A stretch of 63,128 nt of DNA, filler included, from Circinaria calcarea (GCA_051942165.1; 24 parts of 24 records of this genome joined end to end with filler, not necessarily neighbours in it); one strand, 5' to 3'; shown: positions 1 to 12,207, counted from the first letter of the whole stretch. The notes: a model not told the origin generated them from the sequence alone. Program-made: numbers and translations.

Positions 1-1083
1 GAGTTTCAGAGGGGCGGGTTTGGGGAGTCGTTGTTGCTGGGTGTGGGGGCGTATGCACCGGAGGCGCTGGGGGTGAGTTTTTGAGAATTTTGGGGCTGGA
101 AGGTTTGGGATATTCAGGAGCTGATGGTGTGAGAGTAGAGATATAGATCGTTGCCGTTTCCAACAAGGCAGCCTGCTGGATTTAGAGAGAGGAACGGATG
201 GTTTCCTGCTCAGGCGCCTGAGTCTGTGAGGGACCGGACCGCTGTTCTCCGTTTACAAAGCGAGGTCCCGGATACCGCCAACGCGGAAGAATCGTCTTCC
301 TCAGCTGGGCGTCCGCCAGTTGCCCCTGATACTCTCGCAGAACAATGGTCTTTCTCAGCAGATCTCTCCCGAGTCCCCAATGAGACCAATGCGGAAGCCT
401 CGTCTTCCTCTCCTGTCCGTCCTCTAGAACCCACCAGTCAACCAAGCGATCATGCCTCTCGCGTGCCTAGAAGTATCGAGCCACTTGATGCTTTTGCATA
501 CCAACTCGAACCCCCCCGTAGTCAACAATCCAGGCGGGCTGTACAGGCTCACCAGCTTTCCCCTCTCGCATCCACAACCTTTACAGGGAATGAGTTCGGC
601 AGGGGAAGCCAGCAGCGATCTGGACCTTCTCCCTTTGCACCTATTCATCAGTCGCACAATGCAGCTCAACGACTACGAAACGAGTACGGGTCTCAGTACC
701 AACCCAATTCGAGCCGGATGGTAGCGCCAAGAGATCGATCGACAGGGCATATTTGTCGTCTGAACTCCCGTTTGGCCCGCACACATAGAACACAGGGAGA
801 ACGACTCAGGGAGGCACCAACGGGAAGGACACTAATCGTCTCTTCGGCGCAGTCGCCCACGCAGCAACCCAACGAGCGCTCACAACCCTCGCAGTCATCC
901 CAGTCTTTCAACTTCAACCCTCAGACCGGAGATAGAGGCGAGTTCATACCCGGTGCAGGCAGATGGGTGTCGGATAGGAGAAGTCGGCTGCAACGGCAGC
1001 GCGAGGACGCCTTGAGGCAGCCAAGCCAGCCGTCTTCTGTGGCGGATGGTTCTGCAGGAGAGAGGAGCGTCGAGTTGGAGTAG
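1..1083 (+). CDS. Hypothetical Ser/Pro/Gln/Arg-rich protein, 3' part (5' truncated)
   Basis: Exon 1-72, intron 73-138 (GTGAGT...CTGAT...TAG, phase 0), exon 139-1083 in the same frame as the 310-aa ORF. No recognisable domain. Confidence 0.6.
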
Positions 1084-2247
1084 GATGGCTGAGTTTTCGG
1101 GGATGGGTGGTAGTAATAAAAGACTGACATGCTGATGGGGTGGATCGGAAAATCTCGGTGATACATGACACTGAATGTTCGGCTCGAAGCTGAAAATGGT
1201 AGGAAGGTTGTTGACTCTAGTAATTGAGGAGTAACAACCAATGTGCAAAATAGAACGAGAGGATAAAAACATAGTGTAGCCCTGATGGCCTCCTTATGTC
1301 ACGTGCATTTGAATGAACCCGACCTCCGCCTATAGTGCACGGTCCGCAATAAAGGAGTATGTCTCTATCCGAAGAGCTGCTACTCCCTATAATCCAGAGC
1401 CCCAAAGAAATCACGGCCCTGTGAATGGCGTTCACCAGCAGAGCCCTCGGACAACAGTCTTTTCACCATGCTTTTTAAAAACTCATCTTCACCTAGCTAC
1501 TGTATATTCATGACTCTTCAGCTTTTGCATATCAAACCCTTTGCACAAACATTCTCTTGGAAGCCGGTCCAAGCCCTTACCGAGAGAGTGTCGCCAGTAT
1601 TACTGTCCGACTCGAGCTGGAATGTCGTCCTTGGCATAGAAGCATTCTCTGCCTTTGAGCTCCTCTTGCTTTTGGGCTTCCATTCTTTCTGGAGCTTCCC
1701 TTCTCCTTTTGAGGGCTCCACTTGGGGCTTTGTTTCGGGATTCCTATGGGAATTGCGCTAGGCCAAAGAGAAGAACAGAAACAAATAGATGCATCGACGC
1801 ACCGAGAAGGCAACAGAATCCTCCATCGGTACCCATTCTGATAATTTCGGACTGAACTGAAGCTAGACACAAGATTCACTAGGATCTAACCTCTATTATC
1901 CAACCAAGTAGCACCATAAAGGATGTATTGAGGCAAGGCGAAGAACAGGAACTCTGTACCACCGGGAAATTGTTCGGAAATCCAGGGAAAAATAAACCTC
2001 ACCGAGTTCCTTAGCTAATAGCTGACTTATCTGCGAGGTAGGTCATATTGCTTCCATAGAAAGAAAAAAGCTTTACAGTCCTACAAAGGGTCACTGCACA
2101 TATAAACACGAAAATTCCATGTCCGAGAGAATGAGCAACTTATAACAAGCTTCAAGTATGAAATTGAATAGGACCAACCTAGGTCACCAGATTGATCGAC
2201 ATTCCTAGTGCTAGGTATAAAGCAGGGTATGCACTTTCGAATTTCTT

Positions 2248-2550
2248 CATGTCTTTGCTGTTGTGTCCAAAGCTCATTTAAGTACTGCCACAGAAGTGTG
2301 CTACATAGGTATCAGCCTCAAAACCAGATAAAATGTGTTTTACATACACTCACTCTTGGGAGACCTGTGGGCATAAGGAAGTGCTTCCCATAGTCCCTTG
2401 TGCTGAATTGGACAACGCTCACGCCAGTCGGATTGCCAGCCACGTCATATCATCGGTAGACTTCGGTCATCCCGAATACCCATGTCCAAGATGCGTCTCG
2501 CAAGCTGTGGCAGTACTTAAATGAGCTTTGGACACAACAGCAAAGACATG
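2248..2550. repeat. Perfect 46-bp inverted repeat with 211-bp spacer; right arm runs to the contig end
   Basis: 2248-2293 CATGTCTTTGCTGTTGTGTCCAAAGCTCATTTAAGTACTGCCACAG is the exact reverse complement of 2505-2550. Confidence 0.9.
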
Positions 2551-2650
2551 NNNNNNNNNNNNNNNNNNNNNNNNNNNNNNNNNNNNNNNNNNNNTTAATT
2601 AATTAANNNNNNNNNNNNNNNNNNNNNNNNNNNNNNNNNNNNNNNNNNNN
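2551..2650. other. Artificial contig spacer N44-TTAATTAATTAA-N44 (first of 23)
   Basis: Identical 100-nt spacers start at 2551, 5200, 7848, 10495, 13140, 15784, 18422, 21060, 23697, 26333, 28968, 31602, 34236, 36868, 39499, 42129, 44759, 47388, 50016, 52644, 55269, 57890 and 60510. The core has stops in all six frames. Intervening contigs run from 2550 down to 2519 bp in non-increasing order. Confidence 0.99.
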
Positions 2651-4396
2651 ACAAGCGTCAATCGTCGACCTCCATATTCTTGTCCAACGAGTACTTGAGA
2701 GTAATGAAGATATGTCTCGGCGTCTAAGGAGTCTTGAATTGCAGCCAGGTGCTTCTATCCGATGCGCCGGATCTACACATCGTAGCATTTCCGAGACCGT
2801 AGAGGGTGACTCCAACAGCATAAGTGGTAATACTATAGCTACCACTAGAAGTCAAATCGACGAACGAGCCAAAGCACAAAAAATCACCCAGTTGACTAAC
2901 TTTGGATTCCATTTCGAGGAAGACCTGCAGACGTCCAAAGTTTACCAGCGGGTCTCATTCAAGCATACCAATCTATCTCTTCCTTCATCCACGGCCCATT
3001 CCCTTGGCTGGTCTTTCCTCTCAGGCCTAAGTCTCGCTGAGATTTCTGATATATCCGTTGTCTCTCTGCCCATATCTGTGGAGAACTTATGGAACCCTCA
3101 ACACTACTTACTTGAGAGAACCAAGCTTCATGGTTTGAATGAGCACTCGGAGGATGTAACAGACGGTCTGCGAACTGTAAGATGCCTACTTTTAGGTACG
3201 TATGCAACATCACGTCCTGGGAGTGATTGTATTATCTGCAATTATAACGACATTGGAAGAATAATGCTCACTACTCGACACGGTAGGTCCAGGAGAGGCT
3301 GGCAAAAGCACTATTTTGAAGCAACTCCGCATCTTACATGGCAAGGGCTTCGATCTAGAAGAACGGAGGGAAGCCCGGACGGTAACATTTGGCAACCTGA
3401 AACTAGCATTTGAAACAGCATTGAAAGTAATGCAAGAGACGATAGACCCCAAAGTTTTTAATAAGCTCACAACGATGAAAGTATGTCAGTTTCTTTGTAT
3501 CTCACCATAGCCGTTGATAAGTTATATTTAGGCATGTCGAGATATGATCCTTTCTTGCACTTGGGACATTGGACGCGATGAAAACTTCCCACTCGAGTGT
3601 TTCGCTGCTTTCAAATGGCTATGGACGGATCGTACCGTACAGAAGGTTCTCCGTCTGCGGGACGGACCAGCTTTCAATGACAACCTCTTTTAGTATAGGG
3701 CTCTAAAGTCCAACAATCTAAGTCGCCGCTAAATACAGCACAGTTTCATGAACAAGGTCGAGGAGCTTGCACGGGCGGACTATGTCCCTACGGATGAAGA
3801 CATTCTTCGCTCCTTCGTCCGAACAACCGGGATCCATGGATCTCACTTTAAGACTGATGGATATCTGTACCACTTTCTCGATCCCTCTGGTGAACACTCT
3901 GAACGCCTGAAATGGACTCGCCTTTTCAAAGTCGGTGCTTACGATTGTCTCTGGTATGTGGCTGCTATTTCTGGGTACAATCAAAGCACCTATAATTATG
4001 GTGTGGTAAGTAATCAATACAATCTTTTTTCCATGGAAAATAAATTGATGCACTTTGTAGAACCAAATGGAAGATGCAATAATATTATTCGAATCAGTAC
4101 TTGAAAACCCGGTGTTTAGGAACATACTGGTTATACTTTTTCTAAACCGTGTTGATGTCTTTAAAGAAAAGATGGTTACCATCCCTATACACGACCATTT
4201 TTGGGACTATAAGGGTGGCTCCGACTATGGACAAGCCGTTGATTACTTTGTTGACCGCTTCCGCAAGGTCGACCGCCGGCCAAACCGGGAGATGCACATC
4301 TACCTGACCAACGCAACGGACGTTGATTCGCTGCAAAGTACGATACGTGCAGTGTACTCGACGCTCGAAGCGAGGAACCCTATCAAAAGCCAATGA
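2651..4396 (+). CDS. Atypical G-protein alpha subunit with long N-terminal extension (5' truncated)
   Basis: Exons <2651-3195, 3287-3480, 3532-3692, 3744-4005, 4061-4396, all GT-AG, splice into one open frame. Motifs: G1 LLLGPGEAGKSTILKQLRILH, DYVPTDEDILRSFVRTTGI, G3 DPSGEHSERLKW, G4 ILFLNRVD, G5 TNATD. At least ~175 aa precede the P-loop. Confidence 0.88.
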
Positions 4397-4615
4397 TTCA
4401 GGGGACCAAAAGGATAATGACTAACGCTCCACCGACTTACACTATTTCTGAAGTACATTGAAAGAGTATTTAGTAGCATTCACCTTCACGCCGACCATTG
4501 ATAGCGAATTCGATCTTCAGAAGTAGAACGAGAAGGTCGTGTGTTAACGAGGGCGTATAAATGGGCATCGCAGCTATCACAATATTCTATAGAAACCGAC
4601 ACGATGTCCGCTGAT

Positions 4616-5199
4616 TTATACTTTGACGTCCACCAACTTGCCAAGATCGACGACCTCCTTCTTCTCTCCATTCGGCCACCGGATCATGCAACGGTCTTCA
4701 ATCTTCGTGCCCTCGGACTCAACGACGCAAAACCCCACGTCCTGAAAGCCCATGGATTCGTAAAGGCACGCCCCTTCCGGGCTCCCTACCACCCCGATCG
4801 GGACGTCCTCGGCATCCGCCCTCGCGATTCCCCATCTCAGAAGCCGCTTTCCTATCCCTCTCCTCTGGTACTTTGGGTGCGTGGCTGTAACCGCGAGCCA
4901 TCAATTAACAATCCAGTTGTCCAATGGAGGCAGCCCGAAGCCTGACCAAAGCCAACTCTCACTTACCCAGAAACGAAAGCCAAATGTGATCCTCGTGTTC
5001 CCTCAGAACCTTGTCGATTGCCGTTTCCCCATGTGCCCAAATGTCGGTATAGATTTGCAGATTCCGATAGTCGTTGGACGGGTCTATCCGGAAGAAGTCG
5101 ACGTATTTCATCTCGAGCATGACAGCCTCCCGCTCGAATTCTAGAGTGATATCACCATTAGCCCTCAAATGTTCAAAAACCCCCCCTTCCCCCTTCTCC
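4616..5199 (-). CDS. GNAT family N-acetyltransferase (5' truncated)
   Basis: Exons >5199-4967 and 4884-4616, intron GTAAGT...TACAG. Spliced product HIWLSFLATHPKYQRRGIGKRLLRWG...SPEGACLYESMGF contains the acetyl-CoA motif A (QRRGIG) and the LY..xGF motif. Confidence 0.8.
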
Positions 5200-5837
5200 N
5201 NNNNNNNNNNNNNNNNNNNNNNNNNNNNNNNNNNNNNNNNNNNTTAATTAATTAANNNNNNNNNNNNNNNNNNNNNNNNNNNNNNNNNNNNNNNNNNNNA
5301 AGTAGCTTTTCCTGTTACCGACCGGGAAAGGAATATCGACTTTACTCTATACCCGATTCGCTATAGACAAAGCGTCGCCGATGGCTCTCCGAGACTCTTG
5401 CAATGGCGCATGTTCTACAAACAGTCGATCTAGTAGCACACGGTGGATTATGTTGTGCTGGGCGTCCTCGGCTTTGGAACATGAAGATTGGTCATGGGAA
5501 TCTAACAAGACACCACAATCCCGGCATATCTGTGGCATGGTAATGCCTTGCCGCAGTAGATGGATCATCAGACCCGCCCAACACCTTCCCTATTGCTACC
5601 TGTACTTGACTTGCCTTACCAATGGCGATTTCGGTTCGGGTCTTGGAGGTTGGGATATAGAAAATTGTGAAGAAGAAAAGTAAGATAAGCTGTAGTTTCT
5701 TTCGGCTATTTCTGGATAAAGATGCTCTCGTCTCTGGGGAGGAGAAGGGTCGATTTAAATGTTTTTTATGTTCAATGTTGTTTGTCGGGGATACACATGG
5801 TCTGTTTTTGGAAGTAGGGAGAGGTGACCCCAACTGC

Positions 5838-7753
5838 CTAGTAGAGCACGACATCCTCCAACGAGCACTCGCTCCTTTCCAACCACTGCAATCGCCTCTC
5901 CATCCATCCATCAAACCATGAATATAACACTCTCCCACATTTTGAAATCCGTCTCCAACCGGCCGCAATCAATATCACCTGCATACTACACTCCAGCATT
6001 ACATAAATGACATCGTCCCTCTGCGTGGTTTCCAACACCATTCCAACATACCCTTTGGCGGTGGTGGCGAGTCTCCTCCTCACATTAATACTATCTCGCC
6101 GCATCAGCGCGTCTCTCGAGTGCATGCGATCAATCGAAGGGAGCGAGATGACATCTGTGAAAAGCAATCGCGGAGTTCTCTCCCGCACACTTTGAACGCT
6201 GTGTTCCCTTCTAGGAATCGCACGCACCAGTCGAAGATATTGCTCTTGATCGGCTCGTTGATGGGATCATCGTCGGCAAAATGAGTTTCTTGGAGAGAGC
6301 TGTAATCGACGTTCAATGGTTCGCTGTGGATGTCTTGACCTGCGACCATGCTCTTTCAAACAGCTTCTCTAGTGGCTTCGAGATTACCGTATGGGTTGAC
6401 GGAACCTGCTGTCTGCTTTATACTATCTGGCGACCAATATTTGCTCCACATGCAGCCCATGCCATCAAAGGTGTCTACTTTAAAGTCCTTGCACGAGAGG
6501 GACTTCCTGTCACAGAGATACTGAGGATCCGCCGTTGACGAGCCGCTGGTAGCAAAAGGTAGTGTTACTGATTGTCAGAGCGGATGTAACTGGCTCTGCT
6601 GTCCAGTCAGGAACCCACGAGGGAAACTCCTGGTTGGTTGCTGGAAAGCAGTGACGTATGACATCCAACGATCCAGTCGCTTGAATGGTGACCAGAGCAA
6701 AATCCGTGTACACGTCGAGGACCGTGGCCGAGTAATCAGGGGTAATCAAATTCGTAAGAGATTCGTCCATTAAGTTCAGAAACCCATATACTTTGTCTCT
6801 TGGATCAGTAGCAAAAACAGTCCGTCCGAGATTGAGCAACCGGTAAAGATTGGTCCGCTGGTGGCCAAGTTGCACATCTTGCAGCAGTTGGATCTCGCTG
6901 ACTACGTAAAAGGTCGCCCAGATGGAGATACGGAAAGAAAGTGCTGCAGCTTCAAGCTCGTCGACAATGAATTTGTTAATAACCTCATCAGTTTTGCTTA
7001 AAAGCGGAAAGGCGCGTGAAACATCAATCCATGGCAATGTCCGGTTCCAGTACCGGTGTGTTCTTCCTGCCCAATGCTGCCTCCTAGAGAATCCAAAGGT
7101 GACTCCAACAGCGCCGACTAGCCAGCTGATGCAGAGATCTCCAACAGCTAACACCAAACATTTCGGGATCTTAATACAATACCTGTGTGAGAACATTCAC
7201 TTGATCCCGCATGATGTAGTTCTCAGTCAGAAGCTTGATAAGCTCCATGGCATCATCGCTACCTTCTCCCACATCGGCCGAGCCAGACGATTAGGGTCCA
7301 AGCGTTGGTGTAGACCTCTCGCATCCGCTTGGCCTGTTTACCACGCTCCAGGATGTCTAGCTGATTAATACACAGTGCGTCAATCCAGATTTTCCATTCC
7401 TTCCTGATATACGGCTTTTCACATAACACGTGAAGGCAAGCCTCGACGTTTTCAGTCACTCGCATGCTGTAGCCGTTTACATATATCTCACGGGTACTCG
7501 AAGGATCGCCCCATGTATAACTGAGCGCCATGTAATCACCCCAAGTACAACGGAACTCGGGGAGGTGAGCAGTCGCATCATCTTGGGAAGCTGAAATTTC
7601 AAACCCAATCTTCGAATCCTGGTGGCGTAGACTCTTGCTCGGCGACAAGTGACTTTGAGAATCCACCCGTTTCTCGGAAGCCGTCAGCCTTCTGCAGATA
7701 TGCTCGATAGGCTTCTGTGTAGTTGTCGCTGCTAAGGGAGACAAGCTCAACAC
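5838..7753 (-). pseudogene. HET-domain (HET-6-like) heterokaryon incompatibility protein, pseudogene
   Basis: Motifs YMALSYTWG, WIDALCINQ, ERGKQ..RMREVY, W..LWIL*E, ATDPRDKVYG, PSWVPDW, TTAKGYVG and VGECYIHGLMDG are spread over several frames. In-frame stops at 7171-7173, 7084-7086 and 6356-6358, plus several frameshifts. Confidence 0.88.
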
Positions 7754-7947
7754 GGCAACAAATCTGCGACTGTATTCCTGAATCGCCGTGGGCGGGGAGG
7801 ATGGTGATCAGACGTATCTCTTGCGCTGCATCGTTGAGAGGCTTATANNNNNNNNNNNNNNNNNNNNNNNNNNNNNNNNNNNNNNNNNNNNTTAATTAAT
7901 TAANNNNNNNNNNNNNNNNNNNNNNNNNNNNNNNNNNNNNNNNNNNN

Positions 7948-8248
7948 GCGTACTGGAGTTCTGGAAGGTAATCATGACGGTCTTGTCGTGCTCAAGGTCG
8001 GAGAACTTCTGCGAGTGGTTGTTGGCGATGAAGAGGAAGTCGGGCCCGCTGCGTTTGCCGATAGCCATGGAGCGAGCCACAGGCCCGATGTTGGGACGGT
8101 TGGTGGCTAACAGGCCGACTTTGAGGCCGTCGGCGAGTTTGTAGAAATCGCTGATCTGCTCGGACTTGGGGGTTTCCCGGTCCCATTGCTTGGCAACGGA
8201 AGGATCGGTCTTGGAGGAGACTTCTTCTTTGGTGAGGGACTCGGGCAT
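7948..8248 (-). CDS. bli-3: BLI-3-like blue-light/stress-inducible protein, pyridoxamine-5'-phosphate oxidase-like fold (3' truncated)
   Basis: MPESLTKEEVSSKTDPSVAKQWD...FYKLADGLKVGLLAT.R...PVARSMAIGKRSGPDFLFIANNHSQKFSDL matches the BLI-3 family N-terminus as I recall it. Confidence 0.8.
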
Positions 8249-8379
8249 CTTGATTAATGGGTGGGGATTGAAGTTGTCGGGTCTGTTTCTTTGATGGTAG
8301 ACTTGTAGTGATGTGGAGGATGGTGGGTTCAGATAGTGAAGGGATATAAGAGGGTAAAGGAGCACCAGGTGGAGAGACG

Positions 8380-8386
8380 ATGACGT
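8380..8386 (+). promoter_or_regulatory. CRE/ATF1-type site ATGACGT upstream of bli-3
   Basis: Exact ATGACGT heptamer about 130 bp upstream of the bli-3 ATG, near a TATA-like CTTATAT on the minus strand (~8344-8350). Neurospora bli-3 is a known HOG/ATF-1 pathway target. A motif this short can occur by chance. Confidence 0.35.
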
Positions 8387-10594
8387 TTAGATGTTAGAGC
8401 TGCCATATTCACTTGTCATGAGCTCATGCCTGTAATTCCTACTGTCAGTCGATTGGATGTGGAGTGCCGCGTAGTGACGGCTCGGGGCATCTCTTCCGGT
8501 GCTTTTAAAGAAAGTGCGTCATTCCTTGAGGGTGATGCAATGAAGACCTCCTCGTAATTCAGGTGGAGCGTAAATAGAGGGGTTAGATACGAAGGACGGT
8601 ATACGTGGCATCGCTGGTAGAGAAAAACGGGAGGGTAACCACCAGACCCCACCAGAAGCTGCCCCACTAGATTCGACCCTAACTCTAGTGATTACCCCTC
8701 CTTTCCATTGTGTTTGCGCGCGCAGCAATTTCGGGTAGTAGGATTCCGTGCAACTGAACGCCTCTCTTGCTTATTGAAATCGAGCTCAAAGTTGTGTCTC
8801 ATGGCCACCCTATTGGTTTGTCGTTCATCTGTGTCCCAGAAAAACTACCACGAGCACCATAGTGCCCTGATTTCACGACCGTCTCCGCGGCCGAGAAAAC
8901 TCTCCCCGCTATTCTTGTAAAGATCCAGTTGCCTGAGTAGCCAACGAATTCTCTAACTTTCTATTAAACATTCCTCCCACTAATGATAAACAATGTTTAT
9001 GATAGGAAAGAGAATTCCAGGAGAAATAAACCGTTCTACGTTATTTACAGCAAGATTGTGGGAGGGCAGGTAGCATCCATTACTGCTGTTGGAACTCCAA
9101 AAAGAGAGACTGTACAAGGGGGATGGCAGCTAGCCTTGCGTGCGTATTCGAAGCTTCCAAAGTAGAAGTTCATCGGACTAGAAATCCTCGGCATAGCTCA
9201 GGGACGAGTAATTTGAAAGAATCTGCCTCATTAGGCGTGATTAGGTAAATGTAGACGGAGCGGCAGCTCGCTTAGATACTGGTACGCCGTTCCGGGAACA
9301 AGCGCGCGGGAAATAGAATGCATTCGTGGGAATTGGTTTAATTTTCTCTCTGATGAACAACACAATTCTTCAAGAATTCACAGCAAGCGGATCGCCCTCT
9401 CCATGAATCATGCTACGAGCAGATATTCAGAGAAAATCCATCAAAGGAACACGAAATGTTTTCCCGCAGATATTTTCGGCTCTAGAATACGCCTGATACC
9501 ATGAGCGATCGGCAGGATCAAGACGAACCGACTGTCCTTAACATGAGGCATGGAGATCCACGAGTGTTTTCTGCCTGGTCAGCAACAGTCAGTGGACCTG
9601 GAAGCATGGGAGCATCGTTCTAGACACACATTCTGCAATGTAGCAATGAGGGACGAGTCCACATGGGTTAGTATACGGTCGGCTGTGAACCTGCAAACGG
9701 CCGGCCTAATGCGACCTCGTCGAAGCCATTTCTGTTTTCGGGTTGTATTCTGGGTGAGCTCCGGAACAAACCAGACACCTTTCTATTCCAGGAAGTGCTT
9801 TGTTGCCGGCTGCTGACTCCGCAAATGGTATACTCCAAATATTTCGAGTGTTGCATGGAATTAGCCCTTGTTGAAGCATGTGGTTACACATTTCATCGGC
9901 TACTAAAGATTGCACCACTGTAAGACTGAAAAAACCATAGGGAATCGGGACGATACTTATCAGAGGCAACCGGTTACATGTGTCGATTAGATGATAATTA
10001 GTTGCAACAACTCGAAGAACCGAAAGGCGAATACGGAAGCAGCAGACGCGTTTAACCAACACCTCAGCGCAGCAACCGTACTCCTATTTTCCATTGTGTG
10101 AACTCCGCAGAGCCTTCGCCCTTCATCACTACCTAGATGGGCATGCCTATCCTCTTTAATCTTACTTTGACTTATATTCCCATGATCCTTCTCTACACTG
10201 AAGCATCTTATCGTTGACAACGGCAAGTCTGATTCGGCGAGTGCCCTGAATATTTGAGCTAGCAAGATATGCAGACTCATGGGGTCCTCAGTCGCTCATG
10301 AAGCTCGTTGGCGTGATGAGGTAGCACCCAGATATCAGAGCCCAACATCCATCCCAAGGCTTAGGTACAAGCAAGATGCTTCCGCTCTGCTGGAGCCGCC
10401 TTTTGTTCTTTGTTGGTAGATGTATCTACTATCGTATCAAAGTCGACTCCTGTGCTTCTTTGTTCCCGGCATTATATATACAAGTCTAACCAAANNNNNN
10501 NNNNNNNNNNNNNNNNNNNNNNNNNNNNNNNNNNNNNNTTAATTAATTAANNNNNNNNNNNNNNNNNNNNNNNNNNNNNNNNNNNNNNNNNNNN

Positions 10595-11056
10595 TACCCC
10601 AAGATCATGCAGCCAACGCATGTCCGTTGGGAGCAGCTGCCTACGAATACGGAGCAACATGTGCCTGCCGAAGGTCAGATTGCTGATGCCTCTACAAATA
10701 TTGTCGCTCCTCAGCTCGGTTTCGTCGACAGCCCCAACAACACCAACGCGAACGCAACCATATTCCCCGACCTGGCACCTGGCATTACGCGCAACTTCGC
10801 CGTCACAGATACCTATTATGAAGGCCCACCAATGAGCGGAATGGGTATTCCAGGGCCGGATGGGGATATCATGGATGTGGGCCCTCTAGGTTTGGCCGAC
10901 GTGACTGAAGAAGTTCTTGCAGAGCTGCCCGAGGAGTGCATGGCGGCATTCTTGGAGGCCCGGGCTGCAGAAATCGAGTGGAAGGCAAAATGGCGCGCGG
11001 AACAGGAGGAGCATGCCCGCGCCCAGTTGAAAATCAGCTACTCTGGCATCCCATAG
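10595..11056 (+). CDS. RSC7/SWP82 (NPL6)-family chromatin remodelling subunit, C-terminal part
   Basis: YPKIMQPTHVRWE...RNFAVTDTYYEGPP...ELPEECMAAFLEA...EWKAKW resembles the C-terminus of Pezizomycotina Rsc7/Swp82 proteins. Frame is open from the contig start. Confidence 0.6.
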   Translation, partial: YPKIMQPTHVRWEQLPTNTEQHVPAEGQIADASTNIVAPQLGFVDSPNNTNANATIFPDLAPGITRNFAVTDTYYEGPPMSGMGIPGPDGDIMDVGPLGLADVTEEVLAELPEECMAAFLEARAAEIEWKAKWRAEQEEHARAQLKISYSGIP

Positions 11057-12207
11057 GCGGACACTTTGAGATTTGGAGACTTGCAATCATGTCCATATTC
11101 GCGGGAAGATACCCCAGGCGTACATGGCGAATGCTCACGCAAGCAACGCGTGGTCAGGATCAATAGTTCTCGAATCAATGTGCCCAGCACTGGTAGATTG
11201 CACTTAAACCCCAATGAAATGTAAGATGGCTTTTCCCACACCCCCCGGGATCATAGGAATTCGCAGTGTGACTCTCCGCGTAGATGCAGTCATGGGTTCA
11301 GTATTGATACGTTTTATCTCTGTAAGCCGATGCCGCCAGCGAATCCTACTTCACCCATTTGGACCAAGGTCAGGCTACTACAACTCATCCAGTCACTTTG
11401 ACGGATCGCGAGAAGCTCCCATGGTAATGCTATCACGGCCACCGGCAACTTATCAGCTGGCGCAAGCAATTGCGTCAGGAATTATCCCATTCATCCCTAG
11501 GCAGCTACTCTCGCATTTGCGGGATCAAGTGACGGCAAGAACAGCGTTCTGACCCCACGAATCGGTGGTTCCCTCCGTCCGAGCTTCGAGTCCATAAAGT
11601 GTTACCTAAACTTTCCCAGCCCAGTGACGGCAGCCGGATGGAAACACAGGCCGCAGCGTGTGCTTGGCCGAGCGATGGCCGAGGCTAAGCGGGCGGGAGT
11701 TTGGCAAGGGAAAGGGAAAGGGATCCAAGCACCCGAGGGACAGAAGCAGCCGATGATTATTTGTTAATGATAACGGAAATCAATCAGACCAGCGGTACTC
11801 GGTAGTACCGTGGTGAGTGCACCGCCTGGAGCAGTGCATTCTGCAGAACGTTGCTGCCTTTTCCGCCTCCCCTGACGTAGCACTGGACGCGCGCGCAACG
11901 ACGTAGGTAAGTCTCCCTGCATGGAAGATCAAGGGTGGGTAAGGTAGGTAGCTAGGTAGAAGAATAGTACGTAGTTGGATTGACGTTGATTGATATTGAG
12001 TAATCTGGGAGAGTCGGGGAGGAACATCAATGGGTGGGATAACGGTACGGAGTAGGTGATACTTCTTTTAGGTTTTTGATTCAGTCTCGAGAGAAATCCA
12101 TCAATTCATTTTTATTTATCCGGATTGAAGAAATGAGATGACAACGGCTACGGGACCGGAGCACGTGGGGTTGAAAGGAAAAAGGAAAAAGAGTGACGAG
12201 ACAAATG

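Noticed and set aside
8900..10494. Possible degenerate gene or transposon remnant
   Set aside because: Many stops and no identifiable domain.
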